Source: the human T2T-CHM13v2.0 reference genome, Homo sapiens. From it: a stretch of 64,000 nucleotides of DNA. The position numbers and the translations under genes are program-made. The DNA is taken from the NCBI RefSeq assembly GCF_009914755.1, contig NC_060932.1; one strand, 5' to 3'. Below are positions 59,733-64,000 of this stretch, in pieces. Under the pieces are notes generated by a model. It saw only the letters and a list, made by a program, of their open reading frames with translations. It made no database searches and had not been told where the DNA came from. How positions within the stretch are numbered: the stretch's first letter is position 1; each line of letters opens with the position of its first letter.

Positions 59733-59927
59733 ACAGGCTATGAAAGCAAAAGTGTCTTTATCAGTGTTCGTTGAATTGGTAATAAACCTACAGACAGGGA
59801 TTTGTGTATCTCACTCTATTACTGTTGTCCTCTGAACAGACTGAAGCAGTAACACAATTTTTGTCTGAACTGCTATTCTGAATTTTCATTTCTAGAAACA
59901 ATCCTTCCCAGAAAAACTAATCTCTCC

Positions 59928-60380
59928 TGGAGGCTGAGGTGGGAGGATTGCTTGAGGCCAGGTGTATTAGTGTGTTCTCACATGGCTAATAAAGACATAC
60001 CTGAGACTGGGTAATTTATAAACAAAAAGGGGTTTAATGGACTCACATTTCCACATAGCTGGGGAGACCTCACAATCATGGCAGAAGGTGAAGGAGTAGC
60101 AAAGCCACGTCTTACATGGTGGCAGGCAAGAGAGCATGTGCAGGTGGGGAACTCCCCATTATAAAATCACCAGCTCTCATGAGACTTATTCACTATCATG
60201 AAAACAGCACAGGAAACACCACCCCAATGATTCAATCCCACCAGGTCCCTCCCAGGACACGTGGGGATTATGGGAGCTAAAATTCAAGGTGAGATTTGGG
60301 TGGAGACATAGCTAAACCATATCACCCGGAATTTGAGACCAGCCTGGGCAACATAGTGAGATCCTCTCTCTCCAAAAAAT
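59928..60380 (+). mobile_element. Alu left-arm/FLAM fragment split by a THE1 LTR
   Basis: ggaggctgaggtgggaggattgcttgaggccagg | aatttgagaccagcctgggcaacatagtgaga. Confidence 0.85.
59963..60324 (-). mobile_element. THE1 (B/C/D-type) MaLR solo LTR
   Basis: tgtattagt...aaagacatacctgagactgggtaatttata...gagatttgggtggagaca...aaaccatatca; 5-bp TSD ccagg/cccgg. Confidence 0.93.
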
Positions 60381-60703
60381 AACTTTTTTTAAATGAGCAT
60401 AATCGTACCTACCTCATAGGGTTGCTTCAAAGATGAGTAAAGACATGGTAAATTGCTAACTAAATGTTAGCCTTATTTTAAATTTCAGGGTAGAATTCTA
60501 AACACAATGTGTTTGCTTCTATAGAAAACCAACTCTGGGATTGGCCTTTGATGGGTCCCAACGTTTCTGGACTTTTGTTGGCAATAATCTTTTTCCAACT
60601 ATGCACAGAGCATCCCTGTATGGAATTAATTTAGTGTTCGTGTTATTTTATATTTAAAAATCAATTTAGACGTTAAATGCTGTTCTCCTTTAATGAGTCT
60701 CAG

Positions 60704-60918
60704 AGGAAAGCCCACCGTCTGCTCAGTGGATTTGTCCTGAAGGGAAAGAGGCTAGTGGGATGCATCACTACTAATGGAATGATTAATAGAATGTGTTTAA
60801 GACTGAGAACAGAATGATTAAGAAAACCCTTGTACTGCAAATCAAATCTAAGTTTTCTGAAGAAGGGTTTGTGAATGAAACTTGGTATTTTTAGCACCAC
60901 GTTATCAGTCTTCATCAG
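60704..60918 (+). pseudogene. Candidate exon of an unidentified decayed gene or lncRNA
   Basis: Imperfect acceptor gttctcctttaatgagtctcag| and donor CAG|gtgagg; unique sequence; frames contain stops. Confidence 0.27.
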
Positions 60919-61454
60919 GTGAGGAGGAGGATGAGCAAGAAGGAGAGGAGAAATGTGGGCACGGTGAGACATAAAAGTAAATCAATGATTAGAGAAAAGT
61001 CCATTCAATATTGGAGGATAAAGACAGTTAGCTGAAATGCTGATTTTCCTCTTTAAGAGAAAAACTAGGTAGGTGCCTAACCTCCCAGATATCAGAATAT
61101 TAAGACGTTTCTACCCAGAGTGGTGGATAAAGCAGGAATGGACATGACAACACACTTTTGACATGACTCATTCTTCCCTTGAAGCTGGGTATTCCCAGGC
61201 AGTGGTTTTCCAGATAATCCATTCTAAGTGGACATAGCAGGACACGCAGATTTTAGGGGTGATAGTCCATCTTAATAAAGATGGAATCTGGTGGACTTGT
61301 TCAAGAGAGAATCAGGTGATACATATGAAAGGATTAAGGATAATTTTGTTAGGTATGGTAATGGCAATACAGTTATGGTTTTGTTAACATAATAACATGA
61401 ATGGTTCTGGACTTTCTGCAGCTTTATGGTATGTAAGTAATGTTCCCCCCCCCT

Positions 61455-61757
<303 letters not shown>

Positions 61758-61799
61758 TAAGAGATATGTGGAGAAATGAAAGGTCATGCTGCTGTGCAT

Positions 61800-62160
<361 letters not shown>

Positions 62161-62816
62161 TTAGAAGGAACCTCTCTACCTGTTCAGAATAGAGTAATAA
62201 TTACAAAAACAAGCACGTTACATTTTAGCAAATGGAAAAAAAAATAAAGCTATTTGCGAAATTTTAAAAATATATGTTTTTTCTCCCCAGGATCAAATGC
62301 CTTTTGCAAAGCTCTTTTTGTTATGTTGCTATCCAATTAAAAGCAGAAAATATTTGATTGGGTAGAGAGACCCACTTCATGTTCTGCCTGCCAGTCTGGG
62401 AGTAGATTATCTGTTGCTACGTGCAATCATCAATAGGACCATAAAGAGGAATCCTGCATGGTTGTTTGCAGTGTCTGGATGTTGTTAAATGAGGCATTTG
62501 CTTCATCATAAATTGTGCAACGCCTCTCCCATCCTCCCTTCTTTCTTTCTACCACTGCAGCCACAGCGTGTGTGCCTTTCTCAGAACGCAGGGGTACACG
62601 TGCTTTCCACAAATCATTATACCAGGTGCAAAACCTGAAAAAAAAAATTCCTTCAACAGACCTTTTTGAGCACCAGCTATGTACAAGCAGAAGGGCCCTG
62701 TTGATTTAATGCTCTGTTGGTGCCTTCTTGAAATTCTCAATGTTTTTTAACAAGAGGGTCTGCATTTTCATTTAGCACTGGCCCTGCAAATGCTGTAGCC
62801 CGTCTTGAGGAGCAAA

Positions 62817-62817
<1 letters not shown>

Positions 62818-62861
<44 letters not shown>
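62818..62861. repeat. (CA)n microsatellite, about 20 units
   Basis: Seen directly. Confidence 0.95.
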
Positions 62862-62862
<1 letters not shown>

Positions 62863-63271
62863 CTCTGGCCTTATGTAGTATATGTGCTAGGATGCTAGGA
62901 TTAGATTTGGGATCTGGCTCTGGGAGGCATATAGCTCTGTGGGAAGAGAGGCAGTTGTGTAAATACCTCCAACAGAGTGGGAGAAGAGGGAGACAGGAGG
63001 CAAGGTTACCTGGGCGGTGGAGCAAGTTTAACCTTAGAAAAGCAGTAGATGTTGGCTAGTGGAAGTTAGGGTGGACAGGAGAAGATGGGGGATATTTATC
63101 CATGAGCAGGGGCCTGGAGGTGCTGGGGGAAAGTGTTCTTGTGTGTGTTTATTAAAGCTGAGCTCATGGTCTGAGGGATACCAATGTGATGAGAGTGAGG
63201 AGGCCAGCGAGGGGCTCAGTCCCTAAAGGAACTTACCTGTCCTAAGAAGAAACTGCAACTTCATTCTTGGG

Positions 63272-63440
63272 TCAATAACTCTCAACACTTGGTGACCTAT
63301 TAAGATCACTTGGGGCAACAACATTATACTAATCCCCTATCGCCACTTACATCAGAATTTCAGGGATGGGGATGAAGATATTGACAGTCTTGAGAGCAGC
63401 CCAGGTGATTTTATGGTTTAGCCAGAGTGAGAAACACCAG
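63272..63440. mobile_element. MER5-like hAT MITE
   Basis: ctctcaacacttgg...gatcacttgggg...atcagaattt...cccaggtgattttatg...gagaaacacc. Confidence 0.55.
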
Positions 63441-63571
63441 ATTTAGGCAACAGGGAGTTGGGGCATAGGATATTACACTAATAAAGCTGTACAGAGTGTA
63501 TTTGGTCATACTTATATTTTAGAAAGATCTAAAGGAGTTGGAGGATGAGTTAGGGAGGCACTCAGAGGGGA

Positions 63572-63725
63572 CAGTGCTTCTCAAAATTTTCTGTGCTCAT
63601 GAATCACCTGGGGGTAGTGTTAAAAGGCTGACCCTACTAAGGTGTGAGGTGGAGCCTAACTACATTTCTAACAGCCTCTCAAGTGATGCTGATGCTGCGT
63701 GTTCCTCCGCCACACTTTGAGTGTG
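63572..63725. mobile_element. MER5A-like hAT MITE
   Basis: cagtgcttctcaaa...gaatcacctgggg...catttctaacag...gtgatgctgatgctgc...ccacactttgag. Confidence 0.75.
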
Positions 63726-64000
63726 CAAGTCAGGAGATGATTCCAGAAATCTGATTGCAAGAGACAATCAGGGCTGATGAAAGGCAGCGTGCATGGGATG
63801 GAGACATTTGTGCCAGCCCTCACGTTTCCTGCTAGGGTGAATGAGTAGAAGTTGTAAAAAGAAAGTTTTTCACTTAGTGGAGCACTTGCCCAGGAGATAT
63901 CAAAGTTGATTGTCGAGTTTCAGTGCTACTGATTCTGATCGGCCCAAGCGGATAAGGACCATGCACTTTCAGTGGTCCCCATACCCCAGACCTAAGGGAA

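Overview
Primate (very probably human) nuclear DNA; there is no prokaryotic gene system or CRISPR array here. The window is dominated by interspersed repeats: about 35 Alu elements or monomers (including one near-perfect, probably very young AluYc1-like copy), L1 fragments from L1PA3/4 to old L1M types, L2/MIR/L3 relics, two MER41A solo LTRs, MaLR LTRs (MLT1, THE1), a deleted ERV1 provirus with a tRNA-Ser primer-binding site and an embedded tRNA-Glu relic, and DNA-transposon MITEs (MER30, MER81, MER44A, MER47). No intact protein-coding gene is recognisable, and most ORFs in the supplied track are repeat-derived or chance ORFs. The most interesting non-repeat signal is a chain of + strand exon-like islands with canonical splice sites from about 27.6 to 62.6 kb. 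Several join in compatible phase into stop-interrupted, protein-like frames, which suggests a decayed multi-exon gene or a spliced lncRNA that I could not identify. Repeat subfamily names are from recall of consensus sequences, and boundaries of old repeats are approximate.
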